Positions 20,359 to 29,933 of a stretch of DNA of 64,000 nucleotides are shown one piece after another (the first letter of the stretch is position 1; each line of letters begins with the position of its first letter). A program made the translations under genes and the position numbers. The stretch is from a virus (Duplodnaviria > Caudoviricetes), in IMG/VR virus record IMGVR_UViG_3300027974_000031, positions 11,060 through 75,059 of that record. One strand, 5' to 3'. The notes under the pieces were generated by a model. The model ran no database searches. It was given only the letters and a program-made list of their open reading frames with translations, and was not told where the DNA came from.

Positions 20359-21258
20359 ATGAATTTTAAACAGTTTTATAAATTATACCTTGAGAGTTTA
20401 AGTGATTGGAGTGGAGAATGGGTTCACTACACAAACATTCCATATCTTTCGTTTAATCCAAAAGCAAAGCACTCTGATCCAACAGGTATTTATTTTTTTC
20501 CAAAAGAATTTAATCCTCCTAGTTCATATAGTTCTAAAAAGTATAAATTTTCTGCTAAATTAAAGCCTGATGCAAAAGTATTAGATTTTTCTAAAATAAC
20601 AAGAGAAGAAATGACTCGTTTAGCAGATTTAGCAGGAATTGAAAGATTTGTTGAAATAGATGACTTGTATTATTCTATTAGAAATGTTTTTAATATGACT
20701 AAGAAAACGAATAAAAAACCCGGTTCATTTAATCGCTTTTTTGTTAATGCTGGATATGATGCTATTTTTGATGACATAGATGTTGTTTATGGAAAAAATG
20801 AAAAACAACTTATTGTATTAAATCAAAAGTGTTTAGATGATGTGGACATGATTATAAACACATATCCAATATACGACGAAATGGTTTTCTCATCCGAAGA
20901 GATTATTAAAAGATTAACTCCTTACTCTGATAGTGTAGAAAGTTCTAAAATAAAAAAAGAAAAAGAAGATGAAATTATAAATGATAAACAAAAATTAGTT
21001 CCTACTTATGCTCTTAAAAAATATATGACTTTTAGAAAAGGTGAAAATTATGTTACGATTTTAGCAAAAAATAATAACAATAGTAAAAAAACTAATGAAA
21101 TTAGTTTTTCAATTATTTCAGATAATAATAATAATAATACAGATATTGATAGTGGTGCCAGTTACAATTACTCTAAAAGACAATGGAATTTTAATTCTAT
21201 TTCAAAAATCGTTAAAGATGCTGTTTCTATTCTTACAGGAGAAGACGACAGAATATAA
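20359..21258 (+). CDS. ART-like protein, CTS-tagged
   Basis: WVHYT, GIYFFP, AKVLD, GYDAI, QLIVLN. Confidence 0.55.
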   Translation: MNFKQFYKLYLESLSDWSGEWVHYTNIPYLSFNPKAKHSDPTGIYFFPKEFNPPSSYSSKKYKFSAKLKPDAKVLDFSKITREEMTRLADLAGIERFVEIDDLYYSIRNVFNMTKKTNKKPGSFNRFFVNAGYDAIFDDIDVVYGKNEKQLIVLNQKCLDDVDMIINTYPIYDEMVFSSEEIIKRLTPYSDSVESSKIKKEKEDEIINDKQKLVPTYALKKYMTFRKGENYVTILAKNNNNSKKTNEISFSIISDNNNNNTDIDSGASYNYSKRQWNFNSISKIVKDAVSILTGEDDRI

Positions 21259-21266
21259 GTAAGTTT

Positions 21267-23969
21267 ATGACATTTAAAGAAGTTTATAGCATTTTATTAG
21301 AAAAAGATTTCAGAAGCAAGATATTAGCTCTTGGAATGCCTCAAGATGTGGCAGATTACCTACACGGAATGAATGACAAATATTCATTTTGGTTTGCAGA
21401 TCAAATAAACAAAATGCCTGAATATCAAGCAGCAAGAAATAAAGAAATGTTTGTTCATTCTTTACAAACTGAAATGCAAGGCATTCTTGATTGGATAAGA
21501 GGAGGTGTTCAAAACCTTTCACTAAAAGATTATGACTGGAACACTGCAATAGCATCTGCTGATGAATATCATAAAAAATTAACAGTAACAAATTCTGAAA
21601 GAGAAACCAACACTATATTAAAAGAATATCCTAATGGTTTTTATTGGGTAGATTTAGAAAGTCAGTTAGATTCTTGTGAAGCTAGTGCAATGGGACACTG
21701 TGGAAGAACAAGCAAAGGTGATACACTTTATTCATTAAGAAAGTATAATATTATAGAAGATAACATTGAAAGTTCTATAACAATAGCAGTTTCACCTGAT
21801 AAAGGAATTTGGTTTCAATGTAAGGGAAGAAATAATTCAAAGCCTAAAAAAGAATATTACTCTTACATTGCAGATATACTTGTTTCTAAAAATATATTAA
21901 CATTTAAAACAGAACACGATTCTAAGAATGATTTTAAATCAAAAGATTTGATAGAGTATATAGAAGAAAATCCAAACGTTTTTCCAAACAAAGACGAACT
22001 TCTTGAAAAGATTAATGAAGACTCTATATCTGAAAGAGATTTTGAAAAAATATTAGATAGTTATAAAGAAGATTTTTCTATTTATAGTATTAATAATTTT
22101 TATGATAGTGTTGACGATAACAGTAATAATATTTATTTTCATTATGATTTTCGTTTAACAATTAATAAAAGCGAAACAAACCTTCCTATAGATTGCTTAA
22201 CCTTAAATTATAATAGTAAAGGTATAAAAGCATTAAATGACTCTTTAGATGTTTACATAATTGATGTAAGTGTTGAAGGTGATGAAGACAAAGTAACTAT
22301 AAGTGGCATCATTGAAGATACTGATAGTTTATTTAGTTTAGATGAAATTGGTTTGCGTAGTTTTGAACGTCAATGTGAATATTACAAAGAGTTAAATGAA
22401 AAATTTGATAAAGAAGAATTTTTAAAAGAAAAATTAGAAAAAATACTTTATCTTGATGATTGTATAGAAATAAAACGCGATTCTTTTGAAAAAGATGTAA
22501 AAAAAGAATTAGGAAATTTTTATGAGTCAAATGTTAATGAAAAAACTTTAAATTTAACAGTTCATATTAAAACTCCTAACGATTTGTTTAAAACTCCTGT
22601 AATAGAAAAATTTTCTTATAATTCTATATTAAATCATGCTGATAGTACTGTACCTACTGAAAAAGATTTTTTAGAATCTTTAGAATCTTTAGAAAATTAT
22701 AAAGATGGTGTAACAAGATATGCGGATCTTTTAGCAATTACTCTTTTTTGGCAAAGTGTTAAAAGAGATATATTAGTAGATTTTTCAAAACATATGAAAA
22801 TAGGAATAAATATGATGTATGATGTTTTATCATTTCCAATTTCATTTAATTATGAATATGAAGATAGTGATGAAATTGATTATGAATATGAGTTTCGCTG
22901 CCTTGACATTTTAGAAAATAAATCAAAAGAAATTCAAAGAAGTTTACTTTCTTTTTATAATTCAGTTTTTGTTAAAATATTAAACAACAAAGAAGAACTA
23001 AATTTTAATGAAGAAAATTTAATATTTGAACCTTCAGTAAACGATTGGGTTCATGTTACAATTAAAAAACCGTATGTTTATTTAGGAATTTTACCAAAAG
23101 ACCAATTAACAACAACTGCTATTAAAAACCTAGCAGATAGTAAAGGTTTAACAGGAGAATACGAGGCTTTAGATGTTTCACAGTTAAAGAAATGGTTATA
23201 TGATAATATGGGAAGTACGCCTATATTTCCTGGGTTTAGAGATTTTTTTGAAAGCCGAAACCGAAAATCTTCTATTTTATTTAAAGAAGGTTTAATAAAA
23301 ACATATCCTTTAGATTTAACAGTTAAAAAAATGAATGAAAAATGGGAGGATTTTTTAATACAAAATTTTGAAATTGAAAAAAACTATTTTGTAGGAACTA
23401 TTATAAAAACAAATAGATTTGACTTAGAAAAACTTAAAAAAGATGCTGAGTTTTTTGGTTATTTTTTAGGCAAAATTCATAAAAACCATACCCAATGGAC
23501 AGTTACTTTTGCACCAAAATTTGCTGAAAAAGATGAACAGTCAATAAACAGTGTTTTATATCACTTTTGTCCAAACTCTGTTTTAAATAAAATAAAAAAG
23601 ATTGGAATAACACCAAGAATAAGTACAAAAAAAGATTGGCCACATCCAGGTGATCGTTCCTACTTATTAAAAATAAATTTAAATAATATAACTCTTTTCT
23701 CTATAGAAAGAATAAATTCTTTACTTGATTCTATTGCACGCGCATCAGATTCTACTTTAGCAAATTATTCTATTATAAAAATAAAAAATGATAATGACTT
23801 AATAAAATCGTTAAGAATTGATCCTTCTTTACCAGGAAATAGAGATTCAAAAGCGTATGGTGTTTATACAAATAAAAATATACCACCATCTCTTTTTGAT
23901 AAAATTATGAGTATAGAGGAATTCCAAATATCTCTTTTTGATGAAATTATGAGTGCTAATGAAGGATAA
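21267..23969 (+). CDS. multidomain CTS-tagged protein: PcfJ-like N-terminus, ART-like C-terminus
   Basis: E...MGHCG, LYSLR, QCKGRNNSKP; C-terminal LYHFCP....I..IGITPR, DRSYL, DP, VYTNKNIPP. Confidence 0.55.
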   Translation: MTFKEVYSILLEKDFRSKILALGMPQDVADYLHGMNDKYSFWFADQINKMPEYQAARNKEMFVHSLQTEMQGILDWIRGGVQNLSLKDYDWNTAIASADEYHKKLTVTNSERETNTILKEYPNGFYWVDLESQLDSCEASAMGHCGRTSKGDTLYSLRKYNIIEDNIESSITIAVSPDKGIWFQCKGRNNSKPKKEYYSYIADILVSKNILTFKTEHDSKNDFKSKDLIEYIEENPNVFPNKDELLEKINEDSISERDFEKILDSYKEDFSIYSINNFYDSVDDNSNNIYFHYDFRLTINKSETNLPIDCLTLNYNSKGIKALNDSLDVYIIDVSVEGDEDKVTISGIIEDTDSLFSLDEIGLRSFERQCEYYKELNEKFDKEEFLKEKLEKILYLDDCIEIKRDSFEKDVKKELGNFYESNVNEKTLNLTVHIKTPNDLFKTPVIEKFSYNSILNHADSTVPTEKDFLESLESLENYKDGVTRYADLLAITLFWQSVKRDILVDFSKHMKIGINMMYDVLSFPISFNYEYEDSDEIDYEYEFRCLDILENKSKEIQRSLLSFYNSVFVKILNNKEELNFNEENLIFEPSVNDWVHVTIKKPYVYLGILPKDQLTTTAIKNLADSKGLTGEYEALDVSQLKKWLYDNMGSTPIFPGFRDFFESRNRKSSILFKEGLIKTYPLDLTVKKMNEKWEDFLIQNFEIEKNYFVGTIIKTNRFDLEKLKKDAEFFGYFLGKIHKNHTQWTVTFAPKFAEKDEQSINSVLYHFCPNSVLNKIKKIGITPRISTKKDWPHPGDRSYLLKINLNNITLFSIERINSLLDSIARASDSTLANYSIIKIKNDNDLIKSLRIDPSLPGNRDSKAYGVYTNKNIPPSLFDKIMSIEEFQISLFDEIMSANEG

Positions 23970-23977
23970 ATACTTTT

Positions 23978-25090
23978 ATGAACTTTAAAGAATATTTTAG
24001 ATTATATACAGAAGGCGCATCATCAATATTATTTCATCATACATATATTAGAAATTTAATCAAAATATTAGATACAAATAAATTTAAATTAACATTTTCT
24101 TTATCAGGAAAGCCAGATCGTGCAAACTTAAAAGATCATGCATTTTATATGAGTTTTTCACGTATTCGTTGGAGTGGATATAATCACGATTCAGGTGTTG
24201 GTTCTGTTATAATTCAAGTAGATGGTTCTAAACTTAATCAAAGATACAAAGTTGAACCGATTGATTATTGGAAATATGGTTTTGAAACTAAACTTAAAAG
24301 TGCAATTGCTGATGAACAAGAAGACCGATTAATGTATAATAAATCTTCAATCTCTGCAAGTCCTTATATTCAAAATATATCTATATTAATAAATGAAGAA
24401 TTACTACCATATGCTTCTTATATATCTGGTAAGTGCGAAGAATTAAATATTCCGTGTTATGTTTATAATGACTTTCGTGCATTTAAACTTGGAGACAAAA
24501 GAAAAATTATTTCTATAGACCAATCTATAGAACTTCCAATTGAAGAAGAATATCCACTTTCAGAATATAGATTGAAAAGTTTACGTGGTATTAAAAAGAT
24601 TATTACTAATCCATATTTGGAAAACGACGAAGATTTAGAAAAAGTTTATAAAATGCTTAGTTATTCTGATTGGAAACATTCATTAAGTACAGATTTTCAC
24701 AATATAAAAAATGATTTAAATCCAGAAGTTCGTGAAATTCTTGAATGGGTAGCACGTATGGAAAAAAGAAAAGGCAAAACAATTTTTGAATTAGTTAAAG
24801 ATGCTGGTGATAAAAGATTTAAAAGAGACAGAATAAACATGGATATACAATCGTTAAGTGGATTAATTCAGTTTATAAAAGAAGGTTCTGCACCAGGATG
24901 GGCTTCTCTAAAAAGAGAATATATCTCATCTTACATTCGCAGTTCCGAATTTTCTGATGTAGAAAAAGTTTTAAAAAAAGCAAATGAACTTTCAAAGAGT
25001 GCTCTTTCTAATGATGATTCTTCTTGGTATAAGATAGCAGATTTATTAGAAAATGCTGTAGAGATGTTAAAAGAGAAATTACCAAAGTAA
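23978..25090 (+). CDS. CTS-tagged protein with possible ART-fold N-terminal domain
   Basis: LFHHT, YMSFSR, EQEDR (H-S-ExE pattern). Confidence 0.5.
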   Translation: MNFKEYFRLYTEGASSILFHHTYIRNLIKILDTNKFKLTFSLSGKPDRANLKDHAFYMSFSRIRWSGYNHDSGVGSVIIQVDGSKLNQRYKVEPIDYWKYGFETKLKSAIADEQEDRLMYNKSSISASPYIQNISILINEELLPYASYISGKCEELNIPCYVYNDFRAFKLGDKRKIISIDQSIELPIEEEYPLSEYRLKSLRGIKKIITNPYLENDEDLEKVYKMLSYSDWKHSLSTDFHNIKNDLNPEVREILEWVARMEKRKGKTIFELVKDAGDKRFKRDRINMDIQSLSGLIQFIKEGSAPGWASLKREYISSYIRSSEFSDVEKVLKKANELSKSALSNDDSSWYKIADLLENAVEMLKEKLPK

Positions 25091-25537
25091 TTATATGATT
25101 TATTTTTTATTATAATTTGTTTTTGTTTTTGTTTTCTTTTCGCCAGCACTCTAATATACACAAAAAGAAAACACTCTGCAACTATTAATTAAACAAAATC
25201 TTAAAAAATAAAAAAGCCCTACGGATATACATTTTCCTGTTTTTCTAGTAAAAAAAATTTTTGAAAAGCCCTTTCTTAAAAACATAGAAAGAAAAAAAGA
25301 ATTCCCACAGATAAAGGAAACATAAATGACTTTTATAAAAAATAAAATTTAGACGGATGTCGGATTATTCGGAAAGAGTCTCGCATTTGCGCCGTCCCTA
25401 GGTATTTTACCTAGGGCGCTTTCTTAGTCAATTTTCTACGACTCTGCTTTTCTTAGGGGATTTTCTTACAGATTTTTTTTAAAATCTATTAGGATTTTCT
25501 TTTAGACTTCTTAGAGATTACTCTTACAGTTCTTTAG

Positions 25538-25591
25538 GCAAAGAGTGTAGGAGTGTTTAGATCTTTTCTATACTATCCTACACTCTTTGCC
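25538..25591. repeat. inverted repeat / hairpin
   Basis: ggcaaagagtgtagga ... tcctacactctttgcc. Confidence 0.85.
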
Positions 25592-25696
25592 TAACACTCT
25601 CTACCTATCACAGTGTAGTAATCTACTCTAGTCTAGAGCAAGCAAAAGGCGTAACCAATTATCTCTAATTGATTACGCCCTGCTTAATCTATCTAA

Positions 25697-25831
25697 CTAG
25701 ATCACCTTCCACTCTCCGCTATTATGTAGGCGGAGAGTTACCTTTGCACCGTTAGTAAAGGTAACGAAAGCAATGCCTTCGTTCCCATACTTAACACTAG
25801 CTAATCCATCTAGAATTCCTTCCAGGGTTGT
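25697..25831 (-). CDS. small hypothetical protein (start uncertain)
   Basis: MTTLEGILDG... ORF followed by a hairpin at 25648-25679. Confidence 0.35.
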   Translation of the reverse strand, partial: TTLEGILDGLASVKYGNEGIAFVTFTNGAKVTLRLHNSGEWKVI

Positions 25832-25967
25832 CATGGGGTTCAAGAAGAACCCATGAGGGAGAAGAATCTTAAATGAGTTAGTCAGCACTCTCTGTAGCAA
25901 TTCAGGTAGCATAAATAAAAAAAGAATAAAAAAAGAAAAGAAAAAAGGATTATAAAAAAACTAACTC

Positions 25968-26000
25968 ATCCCCGCTATCTTTTTAAGAGATAGCGGGGAT
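25968..26000 (-). terminator. intrinsic terminator after the DUF932 gene
   Basis: atccccgctatct-tttta-agagatagcggggat hairpin. Confidence 0.7.
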
Positions 26001-26014
26001 GATAAGGAAAAGAA

Positions 26015-27103
26015 TTACGATGCCATCATCATAGATTCTTTGTCGCGGAAAAGCTTTTCTCCGCGCTCCAAACTGTCAGAGAATGATTCCTCATTCATCA
26101 TAAGACTTAGGAACTGTTCCTTGTGCTCGGCAGCGGCTCCGAATGTAGCCGTTGACCAGCGTTTAGCTTTAGTGGCCTTTTCACCACCAGCACCGTTGCC
26201 AGAAGTGAAATACTCGGTGAACCCGTTGAAGAGATCAGCGCGAGTTTTACCACTGTTTCCTTTTCCACTAACAGACAGGTCACGAATCTCAATCGCACGG
26301 TTATACGTGCGAGTTGAAATCTCATCAGCCTCAGGACCATTAAGGAACGCTGCTGACAAGTAAGCCGCTTGTGATGGGGACTCCATCGGAAGCGTTTCTA
26401 GATAGGACATTGCATCCATAATCTTTTGCCTACCGTTCACTACGGTGTTTAAGTAAGTAGCCAGATTATCAATCTGGATACCTGCGTTCTTTGTGTGAGA
26501 AACGCGCACTGTTACCGCACCACCTTCATAAGCTGCGCACCACCCGAAGGTATTCGCGCAGACTACTCGCTGCATCCAATCTTTTGCCACTAGATTAAGT
26601 GAACCATCGTGAGATGTGAGGAAGTTTAACACTGCCTCGAATTTATCTCCTTTAGCCGTCCTCAACTCATTGCCTTCCAGTTCCACAGAAACGTAGAACT
26701 TTTTGCAGTTATCGAGTGAACCAGCGGTGACAATCTTGCACCCTAGCCCCTCAATGCTTTTCTTCACGCATTCCCAAACTTCCCTATTCGAGATAACTCG
26801 ATAAGAGTCCTTTGGCGTGTGAAGTGGCGTAAACCGCCTAAGCCCTACTGGCAAATCCTCGCGTTCCCGTAGGTCTGCGAGAACCGTCTTGAACCCTTCA
26901 ACCCTGATCGTTTCCATGACTGGAGCACCAGAGCTGTCGTACACTCCTGTTTCGATTGACACACTTGGCTCTCCCTCGATAAAGGGGAAGAGTAAGGGCT
27001 TCATGGTTTCATCGTTGATTGATTCAACAACGTTAGCCAATCCGTGCCATTCTTTTCCATAGACGGAAAAGGTGACGTCAATGTCTTCGATTTGATGGCT
27101 CAT
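26015..27103 (-). CDS. DUF932 / TIGR03299-like phage-plasmid protein
   Basis: WHGL, Y.VISN.E, TAGSL, FLTSHDGS, RVVCANT, HTKNA, FNGFTEYF motifs. Confidence 0.85.
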   Translation of the reverse strand: MSHQIEDIDVTFSVYGKEWHGLANVVESINDETMKPLLFPFIEGEPSVSIETGVYDSSGAPVMETIRVEGFKTVLADLREREDLPVGLRRFTPLHTPKDSYRVISNREVWECVKKSIEGLGCKIVTAGSLDNCKKFYVSVELEGNELRTAKGDKFEAVLNFLTSHDGSLNLVAKDWMQRVVCANTFGWCAAYEGGAVTVRVSHTKNAGIQIDNLATYLNTVVNGRQKIMDAMSYLETLPMESPSQAAYLSAAFLNGPEADEISTRTYNRAIEIRDLSVSGKGNSGKTRADLFNGFTEYFTSGNGAGGEKATKAKRWSTATFGAAAEHKEQFLSLMMNEESFSDSLERGEKLFRDKESMMMAS

Positions 27104-27442
27104 ATACTTCTATTCTATTTTATTTGTTTTGTTGCACTCTTCCCTTTTAAACAGGCTTAGAACTGTCGCAAAATGCGGCAAGGTTGGTGCAAAGGATTTC
27201 AAAGAACTGTGGCTGTAGTGCCCTTCCCGCGTTTTGTAGGAAGACTGTTTTCATTTAGCACCGCTTGGCGCTTCGTGAAGACAACGGAACTCTAATCAGA
27301 TTTATTCCATTGTAAACTCTTTTTTTCTTTTTTCTTTTTTCGCTCATTTTAGCTCTGGATGGCTCTGGATGGCTCTGGAACGGAATGCTTCTCGTGCTGA
27401 AATACATCTTGCGTAAACCTAACGATGGGTTATTCTCTGCTC

Positions 27443-27769
27443 ATGAAAGCAATTACGTTTTCCAAAACTGGTGCTGCCCTCGGCAGCGTGTCATCCGAAT
27501 CCGAATCCTTTTCCAAGGATGTCCCAATCTCGCCAGCCGTCGCTGCCGCGCTGGCAGCAGCCAAAGGGGTCATCACCCTTCGACAAGGTGGACATGAACT
27601 GGGCGCTGCCCTCCTCACTCAAGGGTGGGGATACAGCGGAGGCCCAGGCATCGCCGCCGTGCTCGTCATCGGCGATGATGAGCAGGAGCACCTGGCATCA
27701 GTTGCTAGGGCCGTTAAAGATGCGCGGCAGCGCGGAAGATTCAACCGCACAATCGCGACCGTGGGATAA
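27443..27769 (+). CDS. GC-rich hypothetical protein
   Basis: TTGCGT-N16-TATTCT promoter just before the ATG; strong terminator follows. Confidence 0.65.
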   Translation: MKAITFSKTGAALGSVSSESESFSKDVPISPAVAAALAAAKGVITLRQGGHELGAALLTQGWGYSGGPGIAAVLVIGDDEQEHLASVARAVKDARQRGRFNRTIATVG

Positions 27770-27796
27770 CCACGGCGAACAAAGCATCGCAGCCAA

Positions 27797-27839
27797 CCCC
27801 GCCGCGCTCGACACGGAGCGCGGCGGGGTTTTCTTTTTT
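27797..27839 (+). terminator. intrinsic terminator
   Basis: ccccgccgcgctcg-aca-cggagcgcggcgggg-ttttcttttt. Confidence 0.9.
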
Positions 27840-28467
27840 ATTTAGATTTAAATTGACTACCTCCTGCTATAGTGTAATATCAGTCACAGGTAGTGAGTCT
27901 CGACTGCCTCCGGTGATAAGGAACACAATCAGGACGAACAGGATGTCAAATTCCGAGGGTAGGGGACCAGCACCTGAACACAAACTAGGGGTTTTTCTTA
28001 GTATTTTTTCCTAAGTTTCTTAGGCATTTTTTCCTAAGTTTTTTAATCAATTTTCTTAAGTTTTTTAGTATTTTTTCTTAAAATCGTTTCTTAAGCGATT
28101 GGTTGGAGGTGGGGAATATGGTGGGAGATTTTCTTAAGCGATCCGATTGCTTTTATTAGGAAGTTTTCTTAAAATCTTTTTTATAGGTTCACTTAGAATT
28201 TTCTGGCTACTAGGGAATTTCCGTAGTTCAGTGGAGTTTTTCTGATTAGAATTTACTTTTAATCTATTTTATATTTTTATATTTTTATAAACAGATTTAT
28301 TAGATTTATTTTTAATCTGACTTATACTTTTGTGACTTATTTAATCTATTTCAACCTGATTAAATAGGTCATTTTAGTATAGGTTTTACCAGATAAAGAA
28401 GAGGCGGTGAGCGACATGAGAATTTCATAAGGTATAATAAGCTATAATAGAAGATTGTCAAAGGAAT

Positions 28468-28585
28468 ATAAAAAAAGAATAAAAAAAGAATAAAAAAAGA
28501 ATAAAAAAAGAATAAAAAAAGAATAAAAAAGAATAAAAAAAGAATAAAAAAGAATAAAAAAGAATAAAAAAGAATAAAAAAAGAT
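28468..28585. repeat. tandem 10-11 bp A-tract repeat (AATAAAAAAAG)n
   Basis: about 11 consecutive units. Confidence 0.95.
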
Positions 28586-28734
28586 TGAAAAGTTCCTGGA
28601 TTTTGTCGAATTAAAAAGAAAAAAAAGAATAGATTTAGCGGGCGGATATAAAAAAGAAAAGAATAAAAATTTGTGGGGAGGGCTGACCCTATACGCAATC
28701 AAAAAATCAGCCCTTTTTAATAATTAATTATTGT

Positions 28735-28911
28735 ATGGAAACGACTAGAAAATGTCGTAAATGTGAAATAGAAAAACCATTAGATTTATTCAGAAAAATG
28801 AAAACTAATAGAGATGGAATTGCATTAGTTTGTAAGAAATGCACTAATAAACAATGTAGAAATTTAAGAAATGCTAAAGACGTGCAGGTAATGCCCTTGT
28901 ATCAAAAGTAA
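28735..28911 (+). CDS. small zinc-finger protein (CxxC...CxxC), like the N-terminal domain of HNH/EndoVII nucleases
   Basis: METTRKCRKCEIEKPLDLF...VCKKC; 58 aa, below the ORF-track cutoff. Confidence 0.55.
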   Translation: METTRKCRKCEIEKPLDLFRKMKTNRDGIALVCKKCTNKQCRNLRNAKDVQVMPLYQK

Positions 28912-28912
28912 A

Positions 28913-28944
28913 AAGGGCTAGTAGCTTTTACACTACTAGCCCTT
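28913..28944. terminator. bidirectional terminator
   Basis: aagggctagtag...ctactagccctt between convergent ORFs. Confidence 0.75.
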
Positions 28945-28947
28945 AGT

Positions 28948-29760
28948 TTATGCAGGAGAACTAGGAAAAGGAATTACATTTTTGGGTAAATCTTTTTTAG
29001 TTTTCTCTACTTTCTTGCGAACTGGTTGTCGAACTGGTTGTTTCTTTTTAACACCCTGAGTAGAGGGATTTGAAAGATTAACTTGTAATTCGTCTAGCAA
29101 TTCTTTTAAACTCTTTTCTTTTCCTAGATCAGCCAGATAAACTAGCCAGAAACCCAGGATGTTAGCAAGAGTTAAGAAAATCCCTACCATTATCTTCATG
29201 AAAAACTTAGGATCAAGATTGAATTCAGTTGCTAATGCTTCCAATTCAGTTTTTTCTAAGCTTTTTTCCTGATTGCTCTCAGTGCGGCTTTCCATCGTTT
29301 CCAGCTTTTCTGTCAGAGTGTTAATTTCTGCTTTCAATGCTGAACTTTTGGGACCGTATCCGCTTGCGGTTTCGCTTTCAAGCGTTTTTAGCAATATCGC
29401 TTTTTCAGCTTGTAATGCGGTTTTTTGAGCGTCTAATTCCGTTAGGTTAGTCTGAGCCAGTTGAACGGCTTCGACCTTTTTAGACGCCTCTTTCAATAAG
29501 AACGAATACTGGCCAATAAGAGAAACAGGAATAGTAACAACCAGCAACAAAGCAGTTATTTTATTTTGTTTTCCCTTAGTGCTGGCCAAACTGTGAATCA
29601 AGAACAAAATCGCGATTTCTACCGAAACGGCAGTAATCGTGATTATAACGTTTCGCAACGTCTCATTCCATGCGCCTGTTTCTTTGTAAAGGTGAAAACT
29701 TCCGATTGCACCGAAACACAATACAGGAACGCTAATAGCGTATCCAAGGATTTTCTTCAT
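28948..29760 (-). CDS. membrane protein with coiled coil
   Basis: three N-terminal TM segments, a coiled coil and a C-terminal TM. Confidence 0.7.
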   Translation of the reverse strand: MKKILGYAISVPVLCFGAIGSFHLYKETGAWNETLRNVIITITAVSVEIAILFLIHSLASTKGKQNKITALLLVVTIPVSLIGQYSFLLKEASKKVEAVQLAQTNLTELDAQKTALQAEKAILLKTLESETASGYGPKSSALKAEINTLTEKLETMESRTESNQEKSLEKTELEALATEFNLDPKFFMKIMVGIFLTLANILGFWLVYLADLGKEKSLKELLDELQVNLSNPSTQGVKKKQPVRQPVRKKVEKTKKDLPKNVIPFPSSPA

Positions 29761-29933
29761 AGATTTTAATGAACATTTCTTTTGAAGATTTTCTTCAAAA
29801 GGTGCTTTTTTTGAGCACGGGACAAGATGCCACTTTTCTATGATTTGTCAAACTGAAAAATGATTTTTATTTTCCGGTTAAACGAAAAAGGGGAAATAAG
29901 ACATTTAATTCTTTCTTCCCCCTTTTTTATCTT

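Noticed and set aside
27130-27240. Cobalamin riboswitch in the DUF932 leader
   Set aside because: AAAAGGGAA and GGGAAG words occur in the wrong order and the other core elements are missing.
28369-28702. Phe-rich ORFs
   Set aside because: Translation artefacts of the A-tract repeat.
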